64,000 bases of DNA from Carcharhinus amblyrhynchos (lineage: Eukaryota): contig OZ336876.1 of the NCBI GenBank assembly GCA_965287045.1, positions 82,460,001 to 82,524,000 on the forward strand, read 5' to 3'. Made by a program: the position numbers and the translations under genes. The notes beneath the pieces are model-generated. The model was not told the DNA's origin and did not search any database. It worked only from the letters and a program-made list of their open reading frames with translations. Within the stretch, counting starts at the first letter, position 1. The number at the start of each line of letters is the position of its first letter. This document shows, piece after piece, positions 12,601 through 25,159 of this stretch.

Positions 12601-12715
12601 AATCCTGTCAACCCTACGTCCGTCTGCACACGGTTCAGGCAGTAGCCCAGAGATAACCACCTTGTCGGTTCTACTTTTTAATTCCATTCCCAGCTTCTCA
12701 TACTCCCTCCCCAGA
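9655..12715 (-). mobile_element. Young CpG-rich CR1 LINE, 5'-truncated: ORF1 esterase tail plus ORF2 (APE endonuclease + RT), disabled
   Basis: ORFs 11484-12359 (YRPP, GDFN, SDH endonuclease motifs), 10127-11482 (NYRPVSLTS, LDFQKAFD, GVPQGSVLGP, FADD) and 9742-10161; (TTCTTATG)n tail; 9-bp TSD tcctcataa at 9646-9654 and 12716-12724. Confidence 0.97.
12418..12715 (-). pseudogene. CR1 ORF1 C-terminal SGNH/GDSL esterase-like fragment
   Basis: VVISGLLP...VNGWLRDWCGRNGFEFMGHW...DGVGLNRAGTRVLA...ALN* matches the CR1 ORF1 esterase end; the usual DGLHL motif reads DGVGL. Confidence 0.85.
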
Positions 12716-13229
12716 TCCTCATAAACTAAGCTCTTCATTCCAGGGATGATTCTTGTGAATCTCCTCTGGACCCTTTCTAAGGCCAGTACATCTATCCTTA
12801 GGGGGCTCAAAATTGCTCTCAGTACTCCCAAATGGGGTCTGACCAGAGCCTTGTATAGCCTCAGAAGTACATCCCTGCTCTTGTCTTCTAGCCCTCGCAA
12901 CATGAATGTTAACATTACGTTTGCCTTCCTAACTGCTGACTGAACTGGCACGTTAACCTTAAGAGAATCTTGAACAATGACTCCCAAATCCTTTTGTTTC
13001 TGATTTCCTGAACGTTTCCCCATTTAGAAGATAGTCTGTGCCTCCATTCATCCTTCCAAAATGCATAACCTCACACTTTTCCATATTGTATTCCACCTGC
13101 CACTTTGCCCACTCTCCTAACCTGTCCAAGTCCTTCTGCAACCCCCCACTTCCTCCAATAATACCTGCCCCTCCATATATTTTTGTATCATCTGCAACTT
13201 AGCAATAGTGTCATCAGTTCCTTCTTCCA

Positions 13230-13810
13230 ATGATGCTATGAGACTTCATGGAGTCAAGAGTTGATGTTGACAACTTCTAGGGCAATGCCTTACTGCCACC
13301 ACTCTTCGGTGGGTCTATCTTATTCTGTTGACAGGACAGCAATCGTGATGATGCTGTCTGGCATGTGTATGGAATTGTACGTTATAAACAATGCCAGGCT
13401 GTGGAACAATCCTTGAGATGTTCATAAGGAGGACTTTATGGGATCAATGATGATGAATTTGTCATTTTTTTTCTGGTGTTTAGGAAACTGTGAATGATCC
13501 ATTTGGCTTCATTTCTTTCTGTAAACTTTTGTAGTAATTTAATACAACTGAGTGACTTGATAGGCCATTTCAGATGTCATTTAAGAGTTGACCACGTCAC
13601 TGTGCATCTGAAGCCATATATATAGACTAGACCAGGTCAAGACATCAATAAATGAGATGGGTTTGTATGCGAGTTATCATTGGTTTCACGGTCACTGCTA
13701 CTGAGACTAGCTTTTAATCCCAGAGTTATTCATTGAATTTGAATTCCAATTGCTTTGGTGGGATTCAAACCTATGGATTATTTGGCCAATGACATCACTC
13801 TGCCAACACC
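13230..13810 (-). mobile_element. Family-B LINE fragment followed by a SINE
   Basis: tgatgctatgagacttcatggagtc is shared with 54743-54768; 13540-13810 is the reverse complement of the 18097-18460 SINE type. Confidence 0.55.
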
Positions 13811-15879
13811 TCCCCAAATGGATGATTTGACAGCTAAGGTTGGGGAGAAATTCTTGTCTTGCAAAAAGCTGCTTTCCTTGCCTCCAGCTGCTGAGAATTC
13901 CAAGCCTGACCAGGAAAATTTGTGACCCTGCTAATGAGGATAGCATAGTATCTTATTCACTTGAGCATTCTGTTGTTATTTAGAATGACATTTAATTATA
14001 TTCTTAACAAAGCTCACTTCATTTATCTGTACGGTAAAGCAGCTTAATCTGTGGTCTCCAATTCTCCTATGTGTGCAAGACATGATACTTAGGTCAGATG
14101 ATAAACTCTTAGGTTGTTTTTACATATTGTTGACAGTCAAGTGAAACTCTTAGCATATTGATGCTTGAGGCTGTCTTGAAATCTAATTTTTGTACCTTGG
14201 GTGGATACAAAGCTGGAAAATATTACTGAATGTGAGAATTGGACCTCATCAAAATTGAGCTACGTTCACTATAGAATCTTGCAGGATTGACTTGACTTAT
14301 TTGGCCCTTGGATTGGTCTGTTAATCAAATACTGGGGTGTTAATTGTAATTGGCTAGCTTGTCAAATTAGGCACCTGAGTATTCGTGGTGAAGTTTTGAG
14401 CCTTTCTGGTGGAATGCCTTGAGGACAGATTGTGAACAGATTTGGTGCACTTGTTAATTATGAGTGGAAAATAACTGCAGGAATTGTATCTTGTGTATGA
14501 GCTACAGCTGTGTGTGCTAGAAATTCTAAGCATTGGCTTTATTCATACCACTGGCGTTGCTGCTGCAGAAATAGAAAACCCCATGAAGGGCAGTATTCTC
14601 AACTTGGAATGTGCCGTTCGGAAATAAGACTGTTGGTTGTAATCTCAATTTGCTAGGCTGAGCAGTTACAACTTCAGTTGCATTATGTCATTCAGAGTAT
14701 CTATGATAGTCTGTGTGCAGCCATAATATCACCTTGCATAGCCTGAAGAATTGATTCACTTGGTCAGTGCTTCTCTTTCATATTCTGTGTGTATCTTGAT
14801 GCATTTTGTAGGACAGTGTTTTGATTTGGGAACAATTATTGATTCAAAAGCTTTTAAATCCAGGACATTGTGATCTCCATCATTTGGGAGGACACTATAC
14901 CTCTGCAAAATGCATGTGTTAAGTACAAGATGGTTACAATTGTAAATGTTTTCTCATCTTCTGTAAGAGACAGCGGAGAAAACATTGCAAATTTTGAACA
15001 AATGTTTGTCTGGATTGTAATGAAGCACTGCAAGTGGTTAGATGAGGGAAAAGATTAAGTTACGGAAACTTCTTTTTCCGAGGCATCCAGGGTTATTTGT
15101 CTATCCAAGCTGAGCATAATTTATCAGATTAAAATAGTTTACATATGTATTTAGCCAATGTTGCCAAGGCAAGGAGTTAATGTTTTATTGTGGAAATTAC
15201 GTGTCAGCCATTAGGAGATGAATATTTATGGACCTCACCCAAGCCACATGCATATGGCTGTGTTTGCATATTTGCCTGTTGAGACTGTCAAAGTTGTCCT
15301 TAATTTCCCACGCTGAGATTGCCAAGCCATCTTTCAGATTTCCCTGCCTCCTGATGTGGTCAGACTACTGACTCACATGGGGTTTCTGCTCCAACACAGT
15401 TGCTTGTCCCTTTTTAGAAGAATATTTTAATAACTGCTGGCTTTGTAATTCCTGTAACTATTGGGAATAATGCAAAGAATACAAATCCTTTTTAGTAGTG
15501 ACTTATACAAAAAGCAAAAGAAATTACAGAAATTTCAAATGCCAGAAACACACTGAATGCAAGGTGTTCAACATGAGCCCTTTTCATGTTTTTCTTTATC
15601 ATGAATTTTGTTAGAAACTTGTATCGCTAAACTTCTACCTCCATTTCCTTTTTCCATCAATACCCTGATTCAAGTTTAATTTTCCATCTGCCAGCATTCT
15701 CCATCAGACACCAATGCTTGGTTCGAAGAGTGCAAGGAGAGAAGGTTCATGTGAATAAATCTTTGACATAGAGTAGTTAGCCAAGCGTAAAGGATCTTGG
15801 GCTTCACAAGTAGCAGTATTGATTTTAAAAGTCGGCAACTTCTGAGCCTGCATAAATCTCTAGTGATTTCCCCAGCTAT

Positions 15880-17210
15880 AGAACACGACAGCATAGAAAC
15901 AGGCCTTTTGGCCCTCCTTGGCTGTGCTGAACCACTTTTCTGCCTAGTTCCACTGACCTGCATCTGGACCATATCCCTCCACACCCCTCTCATGCATGTA
16001 CCTGTCCAAGTTTTCTTTAACTAAAAAAAAATGAGCCTGCATTTACACTTCATCTGACAGCTCATTCCACACTCCCACCACTCTGTGAACTCCCCCCCCG
16101 CCCCCTGCCAATATTCCCTTTAAACTTTTCCCCCTTCAACCTTAACCCATGTCCTCTAGTTTTTTTCTCCCCTAGCCTCAGTGGAAAAAGCCCGCTTGCA
16201 TTCTCTCTATCTACACCCATCATAATTTTATACACCTCTATCAAATCTCCCCTCATTCTTCTACACTCCAGGGAATAAAGTCCTAACCTATTCAACCTTT
16301 CTCTGTAACTCAGTTTCTCAAGTCCCAGCAACATCCTTGTAAACCTTCTCTGCACTCTTTCAACCTTATTAATATCCTTCCTGTAATTCAGTGACCAAAA
16401 CTGCAAACAATACTCTAAATTCAGCCTCACCAGTGTCTTATACAACCTCACCATAACATCCCAACTCTTGTACTCAATACTTTGATTTATAAAGGCCAAT
16501 GTTCCAAAAGCACTCTGACCCTATCTACCTGTGACACCACTTTTAGGGGATTATGTATCTGTATTCCCAGATCCCTCAGTTCTACTGCACTCTTCAGCAT
16601 CCTACCATTTTACCTTGTATGTTCTACCTTGCTTTGTCTTTCCAAAGTGCAATACCTCATACTTATCTGCATAAAACTCCATCTGCCAATTTTCAACCCA
16701 TTTTTCTAGCAGGTCCAAATCCCTCTGCAAGCTTTGAAAACCTTCCTCGCTGTCCACTCCACCTTCAATCTTTGTACCATCAGCAAATTTGCTGATCCAA
16801 TTTACCACATTATCATCCAGATAACTGACATAATGACAAACAACAATGGACCCAACACTGACCCCTGTGCACACCACTAGTCACAGGCCTCCGCTCAGAA
16901 GCAATCCTTCTCTATCACTCTCTGGCTTCTTCCATTTGAAAAAATCTGACAACACCAGGTTTTAGTCCAACCGATTATTTGATAGTAACTATCAAATAAA
17001 TCATTTACTATCAAATAAATCGGTTGGACTAAAACCTGGTGTTGTCAGACTTTTTACTGTGTTTACCCCAGTCCAACGCCGGCACATTCACATCATTCTT
17101 CCATTGATCCAATGTCTAATCCAATTTACTACCTCCATGTATACCTAGCAACTGAACCTTCCTAACTAACCTTCCATGCAGGACCTTGTCAAAGACTTTA
17201 CTGAAGTAGT
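15880..17210 (-). mobile_element. CR1 LINE ORF2 3' portion, with nested PLE mini-insertion
   Basis: ORFs 16062-16499 (LYKTLVRLNLEYCLQFWS..RMRGDLIEVYK), 16602-16877 (SKFADGTK) and FSKVFDKVLHGRL. Confidence 0.92.
16937..17095. mobile_element. PLE mini-insertion, head-to-head hairpin plus 3' tail
   Basis: ~50-bp inverted arms (aaatctgacaacaccaggttttagtccaaccgatt../..aatcggttggactaaaacctggtgttgtcagacttttt); 10-bp TSD ttcttccatt at 16927-16936 and 17096-17105. Confidence 0.88.
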
Positions 17211-17214
17211 ATAG

Positions 17215-17650
17215 TGTCCAGTTCTTGTCACCAGACGTGCAAAGTTTGAGAGTCCTTAATAGGATGGAAAGAGGAGATTTAGCAGAATGTAACAAAAAAT
17301 ACCCCACCCCGGCACCAAAGTTAGGGTGCAGAAGTTGGAGTTGTTCTCCCTGGATCAAAGGAGGTTGAGGGAAGATTTGATAGATGTATCAACTAATCTT
17401 GTGTATATAATTTCTGTTGGGCATTAGGGCAAGGCATGAAGGGGTGGTAATAACCTTGAATCCAGTGCTTATGAGTGGTGGAAACAGAGTGAATGATTTC
17501 AAAAGGAAATTGGGTAGGCACTTGAGGGAAGTAAACTAGCAGGGCTACGAGAATGAAGTTTGAGAATGGGACTGCCTTGATTGCTCTGCAAAGAGCTGGC
17601 ATGGACTCTGGACTGAATGGCCTCCCTCTGCCATTTTGACTGATTCTAGG
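17215..17650 (+). mobile_element. Old CR1 3' fragment
   Basis: Degenerate VQFWSP..RRLREDLIDVY and a 3' UTR ending ctgaatggcctccctctg..tgattct. Confidence 0.7.
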
Positions 17651-17825
17651 CACTATTCGAAACTAGGAAAAGCAAATGCATGAGCAGTTTGTAAAAGTGA
17701 CTGCTGCGTGAAGTAAGACAAGTGACGCAATTCAAATCTCTATGTAGGCAACAGTAGGAGATTGGAATGTTTGCCTGTTGGCTGTGCTTTGACAATGTTA
17801 AAAACATCTTTTTTCTGCAACACAG

Positions 17826-17933
17826 GATGTTCCTCAGAACTTTTACCAGTAACAGCAGACCAACTGTGACAAAGAGTACTGTTTCACCTGATGGATTGTT
17901 TCTTGATTATATAAGCATGCAATAGATTTCAAG
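17826..17933 (+). other. Candidate non-coding or terminal exon (108 nt)
   Basis: Acceptor ttttttctgcaacacAG and donor AAG|gttggt in unique sequence; stops in all three frames. Confidence 0.3.
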
Positions 17934-18096
17934 GTTGGTTGTTCGTTTTAAAGTGAGAGAACTACAGAACACAGACAACAGTATTTCCAAATGGAGCAAT
18001 TGTTAGTCTTGCATTAAGCATTTTTAAAATTGAATCATGAAGCCAATTAGACAATTCACATTGTTGTCATGTAAATGCAACAATGTGTGAAAGAGG

Positions 18097-18460
18097 AAGG
18101 TGATGGCCTAGTGATATTGTTGTTAGACTATTGATCCAGAAACACAGCTAATGTTCTGAGAACCTGGATTTAAATTCCACCACGGCAGATGGGATTTGAA
18201 TTGGATTAATTCCAGATTTTTTTTCAATCTACCAAGACCATGAAACCATTGCTGATTGTCAGGAAAAACCCATCTGGTTCACTAATTTATTAAGGCAAGG
18301 ACGGAAATCTGCTGTCCTCAGCTACTTCTGACTCCATTGCCACAGCAATGTGGTTGACTCTCAATGCCCTCTGAAATGGCTTAGCAAGACATTCGGTTTC
18401 AAGTTGAGCAATAAACGTTGGTCAGCCAGCAACACCCATGTCCCACGAACAAATTTTAAA
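18097..18460 (+). mobile_element. SINE sharing a 3' end with family-B LINE
   Basis: tRNA-like head (gtgatggcctagtg..ggatttaaattcc), body aaaacccatctggttcactaat..ggaaatctgc..gcaatgtggttgactct, and tail aataaa..cagccagcaacacccatgtccc resembling the LINE 3' end near 6490-6540 on the minus strand. Confidence 0.7.
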
Positions 18461-19039
18461 AAGGGGCATGAGATGAGGCCGAGTAGATAAGTGTTTCTGT
18501 GACTATTCCTGGTCAGCTAACCAGTGGCGTAACTTCAGGGATCGTGCAAACCATAGAAAAGTTACAGCACAGAAGGAGGCCACGTGGCCTATCTTGTTCA
18601 TGCCAGCCTGAGGACACCCAGGTGCCCTTTGTAATCTTTCTTTCCTGCCCATAACCCTGTAGGGCTTTCAGTAGAGGAAAGCAGCTGGAGTAGAAATGCA
18701 CTACACCTGTAAAAACAATCAACCAATGACAAATTGCTATTTTGGGCAAAAATGCAATTATTTCTTATGTAAATGAGGGCTGATAGACAGTCAGCAACTC
18801 CTGGAAGAATTAGAGAGGTGGAGGAGAACTTGGATGCATTCAACAGCATCCAAAAGTTGGAGAGAGGAGGACCTGGAGACAGCATGATCTGAGCAATCCA
18901 ATCCAGTTTGGCTCTTGTACTGATAGAGAAAAATTGAAGAACGATTTCATAGGAAACAAGTGGTTGATATTTGCTTGTTTAACTTCTATGTAATTTATTT
19001 GTAATATTAGGTTTGCCAACAGTCATGAGAAAAATTTAA

Positions 19040-19590
19040 CATAATAAAGATGACAGGGCAAGTAACATGAAGTGACTGCAGAATTTGGGAGCTATTGGAT
19101 GCAGCTGTGATCCACAACACACACATCTGTAGCACTGTATATGGCTTGATGAGCTTCAGCTCAATGAACAGGAGACTGAACTGCGGACTCTGATGCATCA
19201 GAGGGGCAAAGTTACTGGACGCTTTGTACCAGGAGGCAGTCACAACCCCTATGATAGGATTGTTGGATTTTGGTCAATGATCAGGAACAGGAGGATGAGT
19301 CTAAGTGAGGTGAGGCAGGTATGGGGATCCAGAAGGTAGAAATGGTGAAGCCTCAGCTTTGCAATTGTCCAACAGATTTAAAATGTGTTTGTAATCTGCA
19401 TGGATAAAAATGGGGCATCAGGATGGATCAGTGAACTGATTATAACAGCTTGGTGCAGGCAGTGGGGGGCATAAATAGAAATGTAGTGGTAATTGGAGAC
19501 CATATAGCTGGTCGGATAGACATGGCTTTCTGTGGCTGAAAGTGTGAATCCAGAACGCTGTGTCGCCTACCTGGTGCCAGGACTTGGGTC
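19040..19590 (+). mobile_element. Decayed CR1 ORF1 remnant
   Basis: Degenerate ELRTL..LDALYQEAVT..LSNRF..VVVIGD..YLPGAR, the layout of the CR1 ORF1 coiled coil and GDS esterase start. Confidence 0.65.
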
Positions 19591-19689
19591 ATCTGCAGCA
19601 CCTCTCCCTGTCACTCCTCAGCTGGGTGGGACTACTCTTGCCTTTTTTCATTCTTACCTAATCATAGCCAGAGTATATTTTATACAGTA

Positions 19690-20372
19690 CAGTATACAGT
19701 TAATGGCAGAATCCTTGAGTAGAGGGATCTGGGTGTACAGGTACACAGATCAAAAGTGGCAACACAGGTGGAGAAGGTAGTCAAGAAGGCATATGGCATG
19801 CTTGCCTTCATTGGTCAGGGTACTGAGTTTGCAATATGGCTTGCCGATTTTTAGCTTTATAGAACCTTAGTTAGGCCACGCTTGGAATATAGTGTTCAAT
19901 TCTGGTTGCCATACTACCAGAAGGATGTGGAGGCTTTGGAGAGGGTACTGAAAAGATTTACTAGGATGTTGCCTGGTATGGAGGGCATTAGTGATGAGAG
20001 ATTGGAGAAACTCTGGAACAGCAGAGGCTGAGGGGTGACCTGATAGAAATCTACAAGATTGAGGGACATGGACAGAATGGATAGTCGAAGCTTATTCCCA
20101 GGGTGGAAGAGTCAATTACTAGGGGGCATAGGGACAAGATTTAAAGGAGATATACGAGGTAAGTTTTCTACAGAGGGTGGTGGGTGCTTGGAACTCGCTG
20201 CCAGGGAGATAGTGGTAGCAGATATGATAGTGTGTTTAAGGGGCACCTTGACAAATACATGAAAAGGATGGGAATGGCAGGGATACGGTCCCCAGAAGGG
20301 TAGGGGATTTTAATTAATGCATAGTTGGTGTAGGAGTGGAGGGCCGAAGACCTGTTCCTGTGCTGAAATTTT
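19690..20372 (+). mobile_element. CR1 LINE 3' fragment
   Basis: VVKKAYGMLAFIG..LVRPRLEYSVQFWLPYYQKDVEALERV; same subfamily as 45025-45985 and 62300-62970. Confidence 0.9.
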
Positions 20373-20389
20373 TAGTTTTATATGCTGCT

Positions 20390-23300
20390 GTTGCCTTTCG
20401 AGCGAGTGGTTGCAGATTTGGAGGGTGCTGCCTAAGGAACCTTGAGTTCCTGCAATGCATCCTCTAGGTAATGTACATGGTTGCCATTGTTCATTAGTCA
20501 TGGAGGGATTGCCTGTTTGTGGAAAAGGTAGCAATCAAGCTGGCTGCTTTTGTCTTGAATGGCATTGAGCTTCTTGAGGGTTGTTGGAACTGCAGTCATC
20601 CAGACAAGCGGAGAGTATTCCATTACACTGCTGACTTGCTCCTTACAGATTGTGGACAGTTTTGGGGAGTTGGGAGGTGAATCAGTCACCATAAGATTCC
20701 TAATCTTTGACCAGCTCTGGTAACCACTGCATTTATGTGGCAAGTCCAGCTCAGTTTCTGGTTGATGGTAATTTCGAGGAGGATGATTGTGGAGGATTAA
20801 GTGATGGTAATGCCATTGAATGTCAAAGGGTGATGGTTAGATCCTCATGTCAGATGGTAGTTATCTGGCACTACTAGGGTGCAAATGTTACTTGTCAGTC
20901 CGAGCCTGAATATCATCCAGGTCTTGGCTATATTTGGATATGGACTGCTTCAGTATCTAGGAGTGTCAAATGGTGCTAAACATTGTGTAATCACTTGCAA
21001 ATATTCCACTTCTGATCTTATGTTGGAAGGAAGATCATTGAAGCAGCTGAAGACAGTTGAGCCTAGGGCACTCCCTTGAACATTTGCAGTGATGTCATGG
21101 AACTGAAATGATTAACCCCAAACCATCACAACAATCTTCCTTTGTGCCAGGTATGATTTTAGTGTCTCTTTAAGAAAGGTTTTTTTAAAAATCATGCTCA
21201 CAGCCTTGGTGGGAGGAGAAAAAGTATGCTGGTCAGGTGACAGGGGTTTTTAGTTTTGTTTTGACTGCAGTGTTAGAAGCATTGCTGAAAGAAGTCTTTT
21301 TTTTAAGTTTTACCAACTAGCTGAAAGCACAATTTGCTGTCCTGCAGTAAAGAATCTGTTTTGGTTTTGAGGAGCTGACGACTACGAGGTGGAGGTTTTC
21401 AAGATCATTTGAAATCAACTTTCAACCTAGGGTACTGGATTCCAGCATCATGTGAGCTTTAGCTTGTGCAGTGATAAATCTATTGAAGAGTTTTGTTTAT
21501 TAAATGTTGGTTTTGATTGGTTAAGAGTTATACATTATTGTGACAATGTTGTTTTCACTTGTAATTGATAAAAGTTCTTGTTAATTTTCTTACTATACAT
21601 GTTAACTATATTCTTTGATAGAAGCTCTCTCGTGGGTTACTTGAATTATACCTGAAATGAAACATTTCCTGCCTATCCTAGCCAAATACAAGATGCAAAA
21701 CTTGTAGTTCAGGTAAGTTTCATGAAACACTTCTTTGTAGTTTCTGACCTATACCATAACACAGATATGACTTCAACCAGCAAAGGGTTTTCCCCCGATT
21801 CCCATCAACTCCTGCTTTGCTGTGATTCTTGTTGCAATACTGGGTCAAATGCTACCTTTGTTGTCAAATTAAGTCACTCCCATCTCACCTTTTGACATTC
21901 AGATCTTTTCTTGATATTTGAACCAAGGCTATAATGAGGTCAGGAGCTGAATGACCCTAGCAGAACCCAAACTGAGCATTCATAAGCAGGTTATTGCAAG
22001 CTTGACAAGACTGTTGGTGACCCCCTCCATCACTTGCTGATGGAGAATAGACTGATGGAGCGCTAATTGCCTGGGTTGGATTTGTCCTGTTTCTTGTATG
22101 CAGGACATACCTGGCAATTTTCCACTTTGCCAGGTAGATACCAGTATTGTAGCTGTATTGGAACTGGTTGTCTGAACTTAAAATGGTGAAGATGTGGACA
22201 GAGTAAATTTTGTTTGTTTGTTACAAGTTCTTAGGCAGTCATCAGCCTCTGCAAACTCGGAACTTCGAATTGATCTTGGAGACAAAACCCATCTTCACAT
22301 TGGAGTATATCCTCCACTGTGTTGTGTAGCACAAACAGTGTGCTAAATGGAGAGACTTCCAGGTCTAACAACTCAAGACTGGGCAACCATGAAGTGTTGT
22401 GGGCCATTAGCAACAGCAGAAATGTATTCAACCACAATCTGCAGCCACATGGTCTGACATATCCCCTACTCTGCCATGACCACCAAGCTAGGGAAGCAAC
22501 CCTGGTTCAAATAAGAGTGCAGGAGGGCATACCAGGAGCAACACCAAGTATATCTAAAAATGAGGCGTTAACCTGAAGCTACAGCACAAGACTACTTGAG
22601 TGCCAGACAGTATAAGCAGCAAGTAATAGAGAGCTAAGAGCTTACAAACTAATAGCTTGGCTTGGGGCATGGCAAGTTTTGGAGTGCAAGTCTTCAGTAC
22701 TATTGTCAGAGTCCAAAACTTTTGCAGAATCCAGTTTTTTTAGCCATTTCTCAATAGTGCGTGGAGTGAATTGGATTTGGCTAAAGACAAACACTGGAGA
22801 TGCTGGGGACCTCTGGAGGAAGCCCACTTGGTGCTTCTGGCTGAAGTTTGTTGCTAATGCTTTAGCCTTGCCTTTTTCACAGATGTATTGGACTCCTGCA
22901 TCATTAAGTAGATAGATTCTTGTGGAGTCTCCAGTGAGTTGTTTAGTTGTTCACCACCATTCATGGCTGGATGTGGCAAAGCTTAGATTTCAGCTATTAG
23001 TTTGGAATCTCTTAGCTCTCTCTATTACTTGCTGCTTATACTGTTTGGCACTCAAGTAGTCTTGTGCTGTAGCTTCAGGTTAACGCCTCATTTTTAGATA
23101 TACTTGGTGTTGCTCCTGGTATGCCCTCCTGCACTCTTATTTGAACCAGGGTTGCTTCCCTAGCTTGGTGGTCATGGCAGAGTAGGGGATATGTCAGACC
23201 ATGTGGCTGCAGATTGTGGTTGAATACATTTCTGCTGTTGCTAATGGCCCACAACACTTCATGGTTGCCCAGTCTTGAGTTGTTAGACCTGGAAGTCTCT

Positions 23301-23390
23301 CCATTTAGCACACTGTTTGTGCTACACAACACAGTGGAGGATATACTCCAATGTGAAGATGGGTTTTGTCTCCAAGATCAATTCGAAGTT
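20390..23390 (-). mobile_element. Family-B CR1/L2-like LINE, interrupted by an LTR-like insert and an inverted duplication
   Basis: Peptides QVSSVMEYSPLVW and IEKWLKKLDSAKVLDSDN; homologous to 6480-8690 and 38070-39380. Confidence 0.75.
21157..21763 (+). mobile_element. LTR-like insert
   Basis: Starts near tgtctctttaagaaag and ends ..cataaca; flanked by the imperfect repeat ggtatga/gatatga, across which the host LINE is collinear. Confidence 0.55.
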
Positions 23391-23488
23391 CTGAGTTTGC
23401 AGAGGCTGATGACTGCCTAAGAACTTGTAACAAACAAATAATATTTACTCTGTCCACATCTTCGCCATTTTAAATTTGGACAACCAGT
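22163..23488. repeat. ~495-bp inverted duplication (arms 22163-22657 and 22992-23488, spacer ~334 bp)
   Basis: Identical mirrored ORFs 22319-22576(+) and 23075-23332(-); arms aligned by eye to both ends. Confidence 0.95.
23398..23474 (-). repeat. Internally deleted 3' LTR (23398-23458) and polypurine tract (23459-23474) of the Gypsy element
   Basis: Termini tgcaga..tccaca; shares acttgtaacaaaca..tatttact with 28071-28098; the minus strand reads ttaaaatggcgaaga|TGTGGA. Confidence 0.6.
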
Positions 23489-25159
23489 AGTGTTGAGATG
23501 TGATAGAATATGTGAACAGTAACTGGGTCCAAACCATTTTATGCTATATAGATTGAACAAGCTATCATTGCATAATTATTTGTATTTGTTGAAACACATA
23601 TTAAGCTGGTGCATAGTTTGTCTCCTTTCACCCTTACTCCTTGAGTAAAGATGAGATCTAAAAGATAACAACTTAATTGGTGACATAGTGCTGGAACCTT
23701 TTCTGTATGGTCACGTGCCCTGAGGATGAGAGATTGTGTTGGTTGGCTATGCTATAATTTTACTCAAGCTGGTGTCCTTAGTGTGGACCACCTGCAGAGT
23801 TCCATCAGTGTACTAGTGGGTGCAAGGCTCATTATGTAAGTGCTGGAGGTACCTCCGTGTCCATTAGTGTAGGAGGCCTGTGCTGTGGGCTAGATGATTG
23901 GGGTGTTGTGGTATCTGTTCATGCTGGTTCTGATACCTGTAATAGGTGACCGCAGTTTATAATTGGCACTCTAAGGCTACTGCACAACTATTAGTCTGTG
24001 GGGCAAGGCTATCTATTACTGCCAACTTATCATGGTCACATGTTCTAGATCCTGGCTATTTTCCTAGGTGTTAAAGGGGCTGAGTCTATAGGTATTGTGA
24101 TCATAATATGTTTTGCTTCTTAGCATTCCATGAGGATGCCATTCACATTGGTTTCGGGTTTTGGCAGTCAGAATTGTGGTCCTGGTGTCCCTAGAAAAGA
24201 GTCATTGTGCTGCCTTGGCAGATTTTTGCAGGCCATGAAGTACAGCATCTGTGCAATTCTGGCATATTTCTCTGAAGATGCTTAGCTGAATCTGCCCATT
24301 CCACCAGGCTGTTGGTTTGTGGGTACAAGGGGCTATTCATGACGTGCTCAAAGTCCCATTTGTGTGAGAAGTTTTGAAATTCAGTAGGGACAAATTGGTG
24401 AGAGTTGTCTGAGGGGTGCAGTGTGTGGTGAGGTGTAACTTTTTTTATTGCTGACTGTTACTCAATCATATGTGGTAAGTAGTTGAGATCAAACCACCTG
24501 GAATATGAGCTAAGACCAAATGTTTATCATTCCATTTAAAAATGTCAGCTTCTGTGAATGACCATAAGTGGCTTGGGACTTCATACACATGCAGTGGTTC
24601 TTTCACTTGATGCAGCTTGACTGCATTGCGTTGTGCATATCTGGAAACTTCCTTCTTCTTGTCAGCTTGTGTGGAGGGCCAGTATATTGATTCCTTGGCA
24701 CTGTATCTGGCTGCTTCCATCTCAAGGTGCAGTACCTCTAAAGGTAAGTAGAAATGATGAATTGCTCGCTGAGAGTTCTTGTCATGAAGACCACTCTGCA
24801 GTGCTCTTGTCAGCAGTATTAGATGTCCTGGTGCAGGCACTGAAGTCCAGTGATTTCACCACAATGAAGTTAGAAAGATAGTTTGCCCTTCCAAAGGAGT
24901 GTTGTAAAGCATGCTTGCCCACCAGATGGCCGTCGGTCACATGGTGGTTGTTATGTCTAGATCTGGCTTTGTATCACCAACTGAGAGTAAGTCACCTACA
25001 TAAGGAACCTTATTCACTCTACATTTTGCAGAGTTTTCAGCTGCATGATCCTGATTCTGTCGAACATACATAAGGTGTATCATGTTTTTGCACAGTATGA
25101 CCCCAAACCAAGATGTCATTTAGCAATGATTTTGCATGGCCTGCACAGGGTTGTTTCAT

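Larger units (their letters stand above)
9243..13230 (-). mobile_element. Older CR1 LINE (9243-9650 and 12720-13230) split by the young CR1
   Basis: RT C-terminal peptides QKDLDRLGEWAKWQ and LYKALVRPHL..RVQRRFTRIIPGMK on the right, 3' end on the left; collinear across the TSD tcctcataa. Confidence 0.85.

Noticed and set aside
22319-23332. Two identical 85-aa ORFs as duplicated genes
   Set aside because: They are by-products of the inverted duplication of decayed LINE sequence.
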